Source of the DNA: the human T2T-CHM13v2.0 reference genome, Homo sapiens
Strand: one strand, 5' to 3'
NCBI RefSeq assembly: GCF_009914755.1
Contig: NC_060938.1
Length of the DNA: 64,000 bases
Under the pieces are notes generated by a model. The model was given only the letters and a program-made list of their open reading frames with translations. It searched no databases and was not told the DNA's origin. A program made the translations under genes and the position numbers. Positions 28,933 to 40,093 of this stretch are shown in pieces. Numbering within the stretch: the first letter of the stretch is position 1; every line of letters starts with the position of its first letter.

Positions 28933-29115
28933 GGAAAATGGAAATCTTGGGAGAAATGAGTTCTTGTAGAGAGAAACAAAGCCATAGTGTTAGCTAAACT
29001 GAGGCAGAAGTTGCCATGTGAAATACAGCCTATTACATGTATTGGATTGCTTAAATTCTAGGGTGGTAAACATGTTGCCGTGTGAAATTCTCAGGAACCA
29101 TATGCTGAAGGGCAC

Positions 29116-29549
29116 TGATAAAGTGAATTAAATATGGCCTGAGGAGGACTCCGTACTTCTATGTTTGAGTCCTTGTGGACAAACGGTAACCTACCTGAAT
29201 AGGTGGACGAGATTGAAAACCTAACTCAGGAGTATGTACCTGAGCACCTCACCAACAGCTGAGCGTTGGCCAATTTCAGCAGCCATACCTCAACCACTCA
29301 TACACTCTTGAGTGTGCAAACTGTGTTTAAATAAGACAAACATCAGCCTGTAACCAATCCAGCTGTTTCTGTACCTCACTTCTGATTTCTGTACATAATT
29401 TAAAAAAATGTATAAATCTTCTTCAACCACATGGCTGCACTGAAGTCTCTTTCAATCTGCTGTGATTCCGGGGGCTGCCCAATTCATGAATCATCCATTG
29501 CTCAATTAAACTCCTTTAAATTTAATTTGGTTTGAGGTTTTTTTTATCA
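29116..29549 (+). mobile_element. MER57-group ERV1 solo LTR
   Basis: TGATAAAGTGAATTAAATATGGCCTGAG...CTGTAACCAATCCAGCTGTTTCTGTACCTCACTTC...ATCA, with a near-TSD GCAC/GCAT. Absent from the IGHV3-48 flank (~49555). Confidence 0.75.
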
Positions 29550-29934
29550 GCATTCTTATCCAATTGAATTCCTTTGTTCTAGAATGGGTGCAGTCAGAAA
29601 AATCTTATTTTCCCAAAGTGTCTGTCTGAGAGAGGAGAGCCCATACTTCTGAAATGCATTCAGACCCACCTCCCTCATCTTCACTACAGAACTAAGGAAT
29701 CACCCTGCAGGGGCCAGCCACTGAACCCATTATTCCAGATGCACTGGTGGAGCCCCAGAGGAAATGGGATAAAAACCGAGGTTCTCACCAAAGTTCCATT
29801 GAAATGCACCTCCTCTCTGTCATGGAATCAAATCCTTAATCTGCAGGGCATGGCAGCAGATCTAGAAGGTGATGGTAACAGTGGAGAATATTGGAGCTGT
29901 GGGAGGGAACAATTGGGAAAAACAGGAGAAAATA

Positions 29935-30170
29935 TACATATTTAACTCTGTGGACTTCAATCTATTTACATGTTAATTAGGTGGAATATTTCATAGCTAA
30001 AGACCTGATCTAGAATGAGAAATAGTAGAGAGATGACACATGGAGAATGCAAGAGTGGGAAGCTGAAGTTCAAGTTCTGATATTTGTTTACTGATACTTG
30101 TCTCCTGGCATGTCCAGAACTTTATGAGTACAGAACTCCTCTAATAGAGAAACAAACTCTCACAGGACAT
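29935..30170 (-). promoter_or_regulatory. Orphan decayed clan-I (IGHV1-like) promoter with no V gene
   Basis: Collinear with 15965-16205 and 20085-20320 (catattta...tattt(a/g)cat...atttcatagct...cctg...tgcaagagtg). The octamer has decayed to ATGTAAAT (29964-29971). Confidence 0.65.
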
Positions 30171-30659
30171 GGTCCTCAAAACGATCTCACCTTCAAATGG
30201 CACATTAACAATCTCAAACTTTTTTGGTTTTACCCTTTGCAAGTTGAACTCCTGGTATGGTGTGTCTGTCAATATTTGCACACATTTAATTGATATAAAT
30301 ATATTTCTTCTACATCTTCCAACTATTAAGATATATGAAAAGTCTAAAATTTTCTCCTTTCAAATTGGGTCCTCATCACCTCATTGGGTTAGGTAAATGC
30401 TTCAAGTATGATGGGGTATGTAAAGACGCATCGTAGTTTTTGCTAAATTTTTTATGTTTTATTTTATTTTTATTTTCAAAAATAAAGATGAAGCCTCACT
30501 ATTTTTCACAGACTGATCTCAAACTCCTGGGTTCAATAAATCTTCCCACCTCAGCTTCTCAAATTTCTGGGATTATAGGTGTAAGCCACTGTGCCTGGAC
30601 ATTAATTACTTGTTTTAACTTTTTAATTGCATTTTTGTTTTGAAATAAGTGTAATTCAG

Positions 30660-31005
30660 GTGCTGGAAAAATTTTCTCCTCAGACTCCTCTGCAGCAGCT
30701 CCAGGGCTGACATCTGTGTGGAGTGGGTTCTGGGCCTGCCCTGCAACTCTGCCCTCACCCTGCAGGGGAGGATGCTGTTTGGGCTCACAGAGCATATTCT
30801 CCCAATGTCGCTCTCCAAGAAGAAAGGGGCAGTCCCCTGGTTCACAATCCTCTCTCAGCAGCATCTAATGCTTTTGAAATTGTCTCTTGAAACAGTGATT
30901 TGTCATTACTATACCCAGTAAACTGCAGGGAGAGCCCAAGCATAGATTCTATGAAACCACCAGAGAGTCTGTTCCCTGGGACTGTCTGATGCAATGACAC
31001 AGTCA
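30660..31005 (-). pseudogene. Highly decayed clan II-like IGHV relic (unnamed)
   Basis: Nonamer-like ACAGCATCC (30770-30778), spacer with TGTGAGCCC, heptamer-like GACATTG (30803-30809). FR2-like CAT TGC ATC AGA CAG TCC CAG GGA (compare H-W-I-R-Q-S-P-G) at ~30973-30996. Paralogous to 21180-21510. Confidence 0.5.
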
Positions 31006-31149
31006 AGATCCATGGTGAGTCCAGAAACTTTCAGAGAACTCATAGGAGCTTCTTATTTCTTTTAGAATTCTCTATTCAAAGTCACGCCAAATAGTATCTC
31101 CACAGAGAGAACTACATGGCTCAAAGCTCACAAAAATTAAAACACACAT

Positions 31150-31151
<2 letters not shown>

Positions 31152-31192
<41 letters not shown>
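31152..31192. repeat. (CA)n microsatellite, about 20 units
   Basis: Uninterrupted AC run. Confidence 0.95.
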
Positions 31193-31195
<3 letters not shown>

Positions 31196-31255
31196 GCACA
31201 GTGTACTATGGCTGATTTTTACAATAATTGGCTCCTGATTTTGGATTTTGCCTAG

Positions 31256-34200
31256 TGTAACCAAAGGTTTCTGAGAGAGCTCTCAATCAAATTAAAATTA
31301 ATTTTTCAAAGTTATGGCATGCTTGGAAGAAAAGTAATCACAGAAACAATGCGTGGTTAGTGCCATTCCCAAAAGACATTTTTTAGGGCTTTCAATATAT
31401 AAAGGGGAAAAGCTGGCTAGAGGGGAAGGAGGAATTGCATGAAAACTTACATGTAGTAATGAAAAAGAAGCACATAGGGAAATAGAATATCAAGTGGTTC
31501 TCCTGCACTAAGTATTTCAAAGATGAACAAATTGTAGCTATCTGTGAAGATATCTAACATTTTATCTGTCTGTGGCTATTTTCTTAGGAATGAAAGGAAA
31601 ATCAGTTTCTTGCGTGGATCATCGTTTAGTTTTTTTCCCCCTCATGACATAATGAATTGACATCAGAAGTTTTTATTTTCATTTCATATCTTCCCAACTT
31701 TTTCCTTTCCAAAATATTTCAGAGGAAGCATTTTACCACAAAATAAGTTTCTGGGCTTCTGTTTTTGTTTTTGTTTTTTTCTTTCATGGGTAGGACGGAT
31801 TATTTCTAGATAAATAGGTCCCAAGTTGTTATTATAGTTCATTGTTACCTATATTTCAAATGTTGTGAAGTTTCACATCCATTAATAAGAAAATAGTGGG
31901 AGAAAAAAGAGAAGTAAAACATATAAATAAAGGAGGAAATAACAAACAACAAAAAGGGGAAACAATCCTGGAAAACTGATATAGGCCTTGGAACTCTGAA
32001 GGCTGAACATGAATTAGGTAAACGACAAATATCTGAGACAGGTCTCAGTCAATTTAGGAAGTTTACTAATGTGGTTTGTCTGTGTCGCCATCCAAATCTA
32101 ACCTTGAATTCTAGTCCTGCAGTTCCCATGTGTCATGGGAAGGACCCAATGAGAGATAATTGAATCACAGGGGCAGGTCTTTCCCATGCTGTTCTCATGA
32201 TAGTAAATACTTCTCATTAGATCTGATGGTTCTGTAAAGAGGAGTTGCCCTGAGCAAGCTCTCTCTAGTCTGCCACCGTGTAAGATGTCGCTTGCTTTTC
32301 TGACAAGATTGTGAAGTGTCCCCAGCCATGTGAAACTGTGAGTCAATTAAACCTCTTTCCTTTATCAATTACCTGGTCTTTGTTATGTTTTATTAGCAGC
32401 AGGAGAACAGACTAATACGTTTATCTTGCCAAAGTTAGGAACTCACCCATGACCATCCTCAGGAAGTCCTGAGACATGTGCCCAAGGCGATTGAAGTACA
32501 GCTTGCTTTTATACATTTTAGAGAGACATGAGACATCAATCAATATATGTAAAATGTACTTTGGATTTTTCCTGTAAGGCAGGACGAATCAAAAGCACGG
32601 ACTGCAGTTTAGAAGTAGATAAGAGACAATAGGTTGCGTTCTTTTGAGTACTTTATTAGCCTACCACTGAATGCACAATTTAGTCTGACTCAGTGGATCT
32701 TCGTTTTTACATAAATGATAGTGAAGAGGAAGCAATCAGCTGTGTATTGGTCTCAGGTTAGCCTCAGAGGAATCACTTTAAACAGAAGGGGAGGCAGATT
32801 TGCCCAAAGCACTTTCCAGTATGGCAGCCTCGTTGTCTGGAATACCACCCGAACTTCTTTGTCTCACGGCCGTGAATATCAAGGTCGCAGACATGCTAAG
32901 GGTGAGGTTAGAGCACAAGTTTAATAGGTAAAATAAAAAAAAAGCTGTCTGTCACAGAGAGGGGTCCCAAATGGGTTATCGTGCTGCAGTAAAATGTAAG
33001 GATTTTTATAAATGTGCTCGTGGGGAGACGGTGTCTTATCAGCATAGGGTGCAAAAACAGTTAGGACAATGTGTGCCATCTGCATAGAGCAAAGTCTCTG
33101 GCAACCCCACCTCATGCTTTCATTGGGCAGGCGGGCACTTTGCTTGATCTCCTCCACACTGCTTATCTTCTTCCACCGTGCATGTGCTAAGAAAGGCCAG
33201 AAGGGTTTTCTTGCCTGGTCCCAGGTACTTCCTCACAGGTGCCGGCGTCGCAAACCCCGTGCAAGCTTCCAGCTTTTCTATCTTAGTGTACTCCCAGAAA
33301 AGAAAAGGAATGTGCTTATTAAGGCTCACTGTTTTTACTGGGACCCATCCTATATATGTGAGGTTTGGTGATTACACCCAGAAACACCCTCTCTGTGGCA
33401 GAGTTGCTTATCTATATTTCACAGCCTGATTATTTAGTCTGCTTTTTGTTAGAAGTGATTTCTTTGAACTGTGTGTAATTAGAGAAGAAGTTATTTCTGA
33501 GCTGATTTTTGTTAGAAGAAAAGTTATTTTGCCAGAGACTCTCTCATCCCAACTATCTACCTAAATAATTTCTTTCTATCTCCTGTAACACCACATTGAC
33601 TCTTCTCTTTAGCTTAGTAATTTTGGGGTCTCAAGATTTATTTTCCCTTCACAGTAGGAGGGTATAAAAGGAATTTTTGTATATAATTAAGTTGCTGGTA
33701 TTAGACAATTTTCATGCTGCTATAAGGACATACCTGATGCTGGATAATTTATTTAAAAAAAGGTTTAATTGTCTCACAGATCTACATGGCTGGGGAGGCC
33801 ACAAGAAACTTACAGTCATGATGGAAAGGGCAGCAAACACGTACCTCTTCACATGGCTGCAGGAGAGAGAAGTGTCATGTGAAGAGGGAGGCCCTTTATA
33901 TAACCATCAGGTCTTGTGAGAACTCACTCACTAATAGGATAAAAGCATGGAGAAAACACGTCCCGTGATTCAATTATCTTCACCTCCTTCCACCCTTGAC
34001 ATGTGGAAATTATTACTATACAAACTGAGATTTTGGTGGGAACACAGAGACAAACCATATCATTGATTTTATTTTATTTTAGAGTTTAAGTTGACTAGCT
34101 GTAAGAAAGCACAGTTTACCTTCTGGAGATTTCAAATAGGAAAAAAATATTTAAAAAGAAAATCACTGAAAATGTTATTTTGGAGACTTGTGGAAAGAAA

Positions 34201-37200
34201 TATTTTAAAATTGAGTCCAAATTGTGGAAAATATTGTAAATTGAAAAACAAGTGGACAAGGTTAGAACCTAATAACAGATGCACTATAGTTTATTTTGAA
34301 AGAATATTTCTCCCTATAATTCCCCAATTTTATTGGAGACAAAATCATAATAGGACTAATTTATTTGTAAAATAAATTTTAGGCTTATTATACTTGGCCT
34401 GATTTTTTTGTATAAGATGCAGCAAAAATAATCACTTAACATATTAGCTCTCTTTTTATTGTTTTTGTTTTTGTTGTTGTTTGTTGTACATAGGCTGTTT
34501 TATTCATACATTGCTTTTGCTATTTTTTATAAGGAATCTAAGGGTAAGATCTTTAAAAGCCTCAAGCCCAGCCAATATTTTATCTGTGCCATCAGATAGC
34601 TATATGGATTGGTTTACTTTTTATTTTTTCAAGTATCCAAGAAAACTTGGGTTTCCTGGGCCTGTCAGAAAGCAAAATTATTTACTTACTACAGCTCAGG
34701 GCCCTGTTAAAAAAAAAAAAAAAGGTAAAATGCCAGTTTTCCAAAGGGGCTTATATCAGCTGTACAGCTCTTCATTTTATAAAGTAAATCAGAAAATATG
34801 TCATTCAAGTTAAAGCCTTGGTAAAGTGACCATTGTCTCTAATTGTGCTCTGTTATGGAAGAAAGCAGATTTTTATCGAACCTATGCAAATAACTATTTT
34901 GATATAAGAATACCTACAGTTTCCAAATTTTGGAGAAATTATGTAGAGAAGAAGAAATTATATTTTCAATTTTTCTCAATAGAGTATAGTTAAAATTGTT
35001 AAAAACTGTGAATAGCTTAAAAGACAAAGTTTTCTTGATTCTGAACAATAAAACATAAGTAAATAGCAAATGCTTTAAAGAATAAGTTATAAAAATTATT
35101 TCAGTCTCCTTTTCATTCAGTTCATGCAATTACATCCTGTCCTGCTTGATATTAGATTAACAATCATCATAAATGCTTCAGGTCTCATGAGACTCATGGA
35201 AGTTTTTCTCTCTATACCAATGGCACAATTTATAAAATTGTCAAAATTGTATATTGTATATTTAAGAGTACTACTCAAAGTTCTATAGATTATTATAAGC
35301 CACCTGATAAAGAATCAAAGTAAAACAACAATTGTGAATGACCGACCTTTTAGAATACCCCTGGTTAAAGACAGAATTGAGGAGAAAATTTGGTTATTTC
35401 TGTGATAAACAAAAATTTTAAATTATAATCATAAGTACTACTGATACTAAGACATATAAAAATCACTTGAATCTAATAGAATTTTGGAACATATACTCTT
35501 TACATAAGTATATTCAAATTATATAGTCCACATTTATATAAATATAGTCCAAAGTTAATAACCATTGCAAATTTGACATTACTTCCTGTATAATTTAACT
35601 GTACCAAATAAGCTAAATGTGTTTCTTTTCAGGGTGTTCAAATGACTGAATTTAGAATTTTATTTTGTGAACTTTGTCAAATATCAAAAGTTTACAACAC
35701 TTGATATTACAAAATAGGATTACAGATTATTGTAAAATAAGTTATTTATTTAGCCACATGAAAACTCAGTGATTTCTAAAAAAAAGAAAAAAAATATTTT
35801 TGAAAGAGTAGAATTGATTTTCTAAAATATAACCCCTTAGAAGAACAGCATGAGAAAAGTTAAAACTATCAATTCTGAAAAATAAATCTATTAAATTATA
35901 ATTACTTTTACCATAAAAATAATTTGCATAGATCTTTTATACAGTTTTATCTGTTTTTTAAATTTAAATGTGGATTAATTCTTCAAGAAACCCTGGTCAA
36001 TCTGGCACAGGGGCCCAGATGCTAGCCTTGCATTAATGTTTAATTTATAAAGAAACTCTGAACTGATTTCATCTCTCAAAATTAGCTTTTACAATCTTAC
36101 AAAGCCACTTCTTCTGTAATAGTCCCTGGGGCTGGGGTGGTTAAGTAGTTTCAATTTCTGGGCTTGTGTCTTGAGAGTGTGATCAATTTTTCTTGTCATT
36201 TTCTTCCAGGTCTGTAGATGGGGCTTTAATTGCTGTCGGTGTTTAAGATTTAGCTGGACTTGGTGTCCTTTTTATTTTTTATTTTATTTATTTATTTTTT
36301 CTGAGATGGAGTCTCACTCTGTCACCCAGGCTGGAGTGCAGTAGTGCAATATCTGCTCACTGCAACGTCCACCTCCCTGAGTTCAAGCAATTCTCTCTGC
36401 CTCAGGCTCCCAAGTAGCTGGGATTACAGGCACCTGCCACCATGCCCAGCTAATTTTTGTATTTTTTAGTAAAGACGGGGTTTTGTCATGGTGGCCAGGC
36501 TGGTCTCTAACTTCTGACCTCAGGTGATTTGCCCACCTTAGCCTCCCAAAGTGTTGTGTGTCCTTTTTAGACCTAGGATTCAAAGCTCAGTAAAGTAGCA
36601 GCACAAGGACTTTAAAAGTTATACAGATAGTTACATGAATGTCATAACATTAATTTCTATTGTCTTAAACTCTCAGTATTACTAAGTAGTTGAAAAACTT
36701 AATAACACTTACATAGGAATTATTTCAATGAAATTTAAAATTTGTCTCATGCCAGTTACCAAATAGCAAAAATAAAGCCTTCTGCACTGTGACTGTTTTT
36801 CCCTATGGGGAACTCCATGTACATAACCTGCAAGTCAACTCTAATGAAAAAAGTATTTGAATTAATCAGACCTAGGAAGAATGTGTCTTTACAAGTGAAG
36901 ATTTTGGTTTCATAGAAAAATTTAGACAGTTAAAGAAAAGCCAAGGACACTGAATATTATATTGAAAGAAAACATTTTATTTAGAACTTTAAGATAGAGG
37001 ATTTTAACATCAGGAAATAATAGCAGTCAGAAACTAACAACAGTTAGAAGTTAACTCAGAGGCTAACTGCTGTAAGTAAGAAACAATGTTAAAGGAGCTG
37101 ATGAAAAAGTTGAGATCCTCTCAAGCCTTCTCAAATGGAAAAAAATAAAAATGGCAAGATGCAACAAAAGTTAAAATTTTGGGTTAAAAAATTATAATAC

Positions 37201-38880
37201 CTTATAATTTTATTGAATAAATCAATACTTTAAGACAATTTTGTCATTCTAACCAATCTTCAGTGTGTTAGTATATTTTCATATGAAAGCCAGATCCCTA
37301 TAAAGACTATAATAAATTCTTCCCTTTCAATTATAGTCAACTCGATAACATGAAGTTTTTTTAATAAGTTAGCTTTCTATAAACCTTATTTTGACTTACA
37401 CGAACCATTTATGGCATACTTGAACATCTTGTTTTATTCTAAACATTATTCTTTCATAAATAGTCACTTTTATATATAAAAAGTTATCCTACAAAATTCC
37501 TTCTCATATAATTTTTTTTTATTTTAACCTTTCTTACCAAAAGTACTTCTCTATGTCTAGAACTTTCTTTAAACCTCTCTTACTAACTGGGTATGTTTAC
37601 GACATTTTATAATTAACCTTTGAATTAAATAAATTATTTTTCTAAAAACAAATGTTTTCAAAAAATATTTTCTTATAATATGTATTTTTAAAAAGTTTTC
37701 CTTATAGTATATATATTTTAAACAATTAGTAATGCATAAACATTTATATAATATATATTATTTAATTAAACTTTAGATTTTTAAATTGTAGAACAAGTTT
37801 ATTTAAATGGTTTATTTTATTTCATTTACCTAATTTATTTTTTAAATAGCTTACCTAGAATATTTATGAAAACTGTAATACTTGTCCATTAAAGTTTTTC
37901 ACCTATTAACCATGTTTATAACCCATGAAATTTAGGTGTTTACCTAAGTAAAACCTTATGATTAAGTAGATGATTATTTTTCTAGTAGCTAAGTATTTAC
38001 CTATTTTTTTTTATTAAAACAACAATACTGAACATCTTGTTAAATTACAAAGATCAATCTGGTTTTAACTAGGTTTTTAATTTTATAATTTTATAATCTT
38101 AAACAGCAGGTGTTTAAAAAAAGGGTTAGATGTAAACAGTGATTGTTATCTTAAAACCAGTAGAAAGGTCCTGTAAACTGGAAAACAAAATATTTTAAAG
38201 CAAAAAACGTATCTTCATCTTTCTTTATAAACTTCACCAAAAGCTTATTACATGCTCTTACTATTCTAATTCTTAGTAACTCTAATTCATAGTGAGAAAG
38301 CTAAGATTACTTAATTTAACATAGCATGACTTTAAGATTTTAAATACTGACGATAATTATGAGACTAAATTTACAAAATTAATATTTGTAAAGCAATGTA
38401 AAATTTAAAGCTGACTATACAAACACAGATGTACTTTTTTGTTTACAAAGTGTTTCATTAAACAGACTTAACTTGATTGGTGGTCTTTGACATACAGCTT
38501 AATTAGATGACTGGTCTTGGATTGGAGGCATTTAAGAAAAAGGGCCAAGAAAGCATGCAGTTTTTAGGGCATAAACTACAATTATTTATGGAAATGTGCA
38601 AAGAAATGAGTAGCCTTCTATAGTGATGATCATTTCCTGCTAACTGCCCTTAGCCACCCCTAACGTAGCTTTCAAAGCCACCCCTAACATTGCAGCTTTC
38701 ATTCACTATTGCACACACGAGGAATGAATCCTCTCACAGTGCAGTGTAATTCTGGTAACATCCGAAACCAAAAACATTACATAATACAAGAAAGCAGAGC
38801 TTTATACCTGAGAAGAATCTACCAATGTTTCTTGAAACCACAAAGGAAGGAGAAAAACTCCCAAGAGTTTAGTGGCAAGA
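31256..38880 (-). mobile_element. Degenerate MER4-group ERV1 element (MER65-like LTR ~31256-31690 plus AT-rich internal region) with nested insertions
   Basis: Nested elements: a MER4-like LTR (32017-33653) split by a THE1 LTR (32067-32419, TTTAC/TTTAT flanks) and another ERV1 LTR (32820-33590, CCAG/CCAC flanks); a MaLR LTR (33697-34062); an AluS (~36267-36553). Families from recall. Outer bounds approximate. Confidence 0.6.
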
Positions 38881-38950
38881 TCCAAAAGGAAAACACCCTT
38901 CCTGCCCCAACCCAGGGGCCTGATGTGGAGCTGCCTGCTAAGGGAGCGGT

Positions 38951-39577
38951 GGTGTCCTCAGTGGCCCCTGGTGTCCTGAGCATCCCCTGGTGTCCTGAGT
39001 GCCCCCTGGTGGTTGTGAGGGACCCCTGGTTTACTGAGCACACCCTAGTGTCCTGAGAGCCCCTTGCTGTCCTGAGCACCTCCTGGTGTTCTGAGCGCCC
39101 TCTGGTGTTCTGATCACTCTCTGAAGGTCCTGAGCGCCCCCGGAGGTCCTCAGCACGCTCTGATGTCCTGAGGGCCCCCTGGTGGTTCTGAGCGCTTCCT
39201 GGTGGTTCTGAGTGTTCCCTAGTGTCCTGAGCGCCCCCTGCAGTCCTGAGGGTCCGCTGGTGCTTCAGAGCACACCCTAGTGTTTGAGTCCCCTGGTTTC
39301 CTCAGTGCCCCCAGATGGTTCTGAGAGCTCCCTGGTGTCCTGAGCACCACCTGGTGGTTCTGAGTACCCCCTAGTTTCCTGAGTCCCCCTGGTGTCCTGA
39401 GCACCCCCCTAGGTTTCCTGAGCCACCCCTGGTGGCTCTGAATGTCCCCTGGTGTCCTGAGTGCCCCACGGTGGTTCTGAGCGCCCCTGGCGTCTTGAGT
39501 GAGTCATGGTGGTTCTGAGCACCCCCTGGTGTCCTGAGCACCTTCTGGTTTCCTGTGCACCCCCTGGTGGTTCTGAG
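38951..39577 (-). repeat. Minisatellite of about 33 units (19/20 bp), each a CTCF-like motif
   Basis: Plus-strand consensus units are CGCCCCCTGGTGTCCTGAG (19 bp) and CGCCCCCTGGTGGTTCTGAG (20 bp). Best cores are at 38999-39012, 39172-39185, 39344-39357, 39422-39435 and 39557-39570. Confidence 0.92.
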
Positions 39578-39619
39578 AAGCATCTACCATGCAGGGAGGT
39601 TTGTGTCTCCCTGCAGGCA

Positions 39620-40093
39620 GGTTTGTGTCTGAGCTCACACAGATGTCCCCTCACCGTGTCCCTCACAGTAATAAACGGAATTTTCCTGAGCTCTCAGGTT
39701 AATCATCTTAAGAGAGAATCATCTGAAAAGCGTGTCTCTGAGGACTGTTAATCTTCTTTGTACTCAAGGAGAGTCCCACTGAGAACTTCCACTTGAATTA
39801 CTGATGTTATCACCTACACCCACCCCTGTCATGAAGCCTGCTGGACCAAGCTTATGCTGTTTTCAGTGAAAGTGAATCCACAGGGTTTCCAGAAAAGTCT
39901 GAGAATTCTTGGTCTGTAGTATTTCTCTGAGAGACTCCAGTAATTAACTTCACAGGGGACCTCTGCAAGCACAGAAGCAACAGACTGAGAACAGCCCCCA
40001 CGTGGAGCAGCCACAGTTCACTCAGTCTGTTTAACGGGGAACCTCAATATTGAGAGTGATGACAAGTGAAGCCCAGATCATCATAGACCCGAT
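39620..40093 (-). pseudogene. IGHV(III)-47-1: Clan III IGHV pseudogene (leader remnant 40048-40093, V exon 39659-39962, RSS 39620-39658)
   Basis: V starts GAAGTTAATTACTGGAGTCT and contains ...KPCGFTFTENSISLVQQAS*, with frameshifts. Initiator ATC, donor TT, octamer decayed to ATGGAAAT (40195-40202). RSS is CACGGTG-23-ACACAAACC. Confidence 0.85.

Noticed and set aside
38951-39577. CRISPR-like array, or a coding repeat (ORFs 38819-39079, 39219-39404, 39371-39583, 39409-39666, 39506-39751)
   Set aside because: Units are contiguous with no unique spacers, the DNA is human and has no cas genes, and the ORFs are multi-frame read-throughs of a GC-rich minisatellite.
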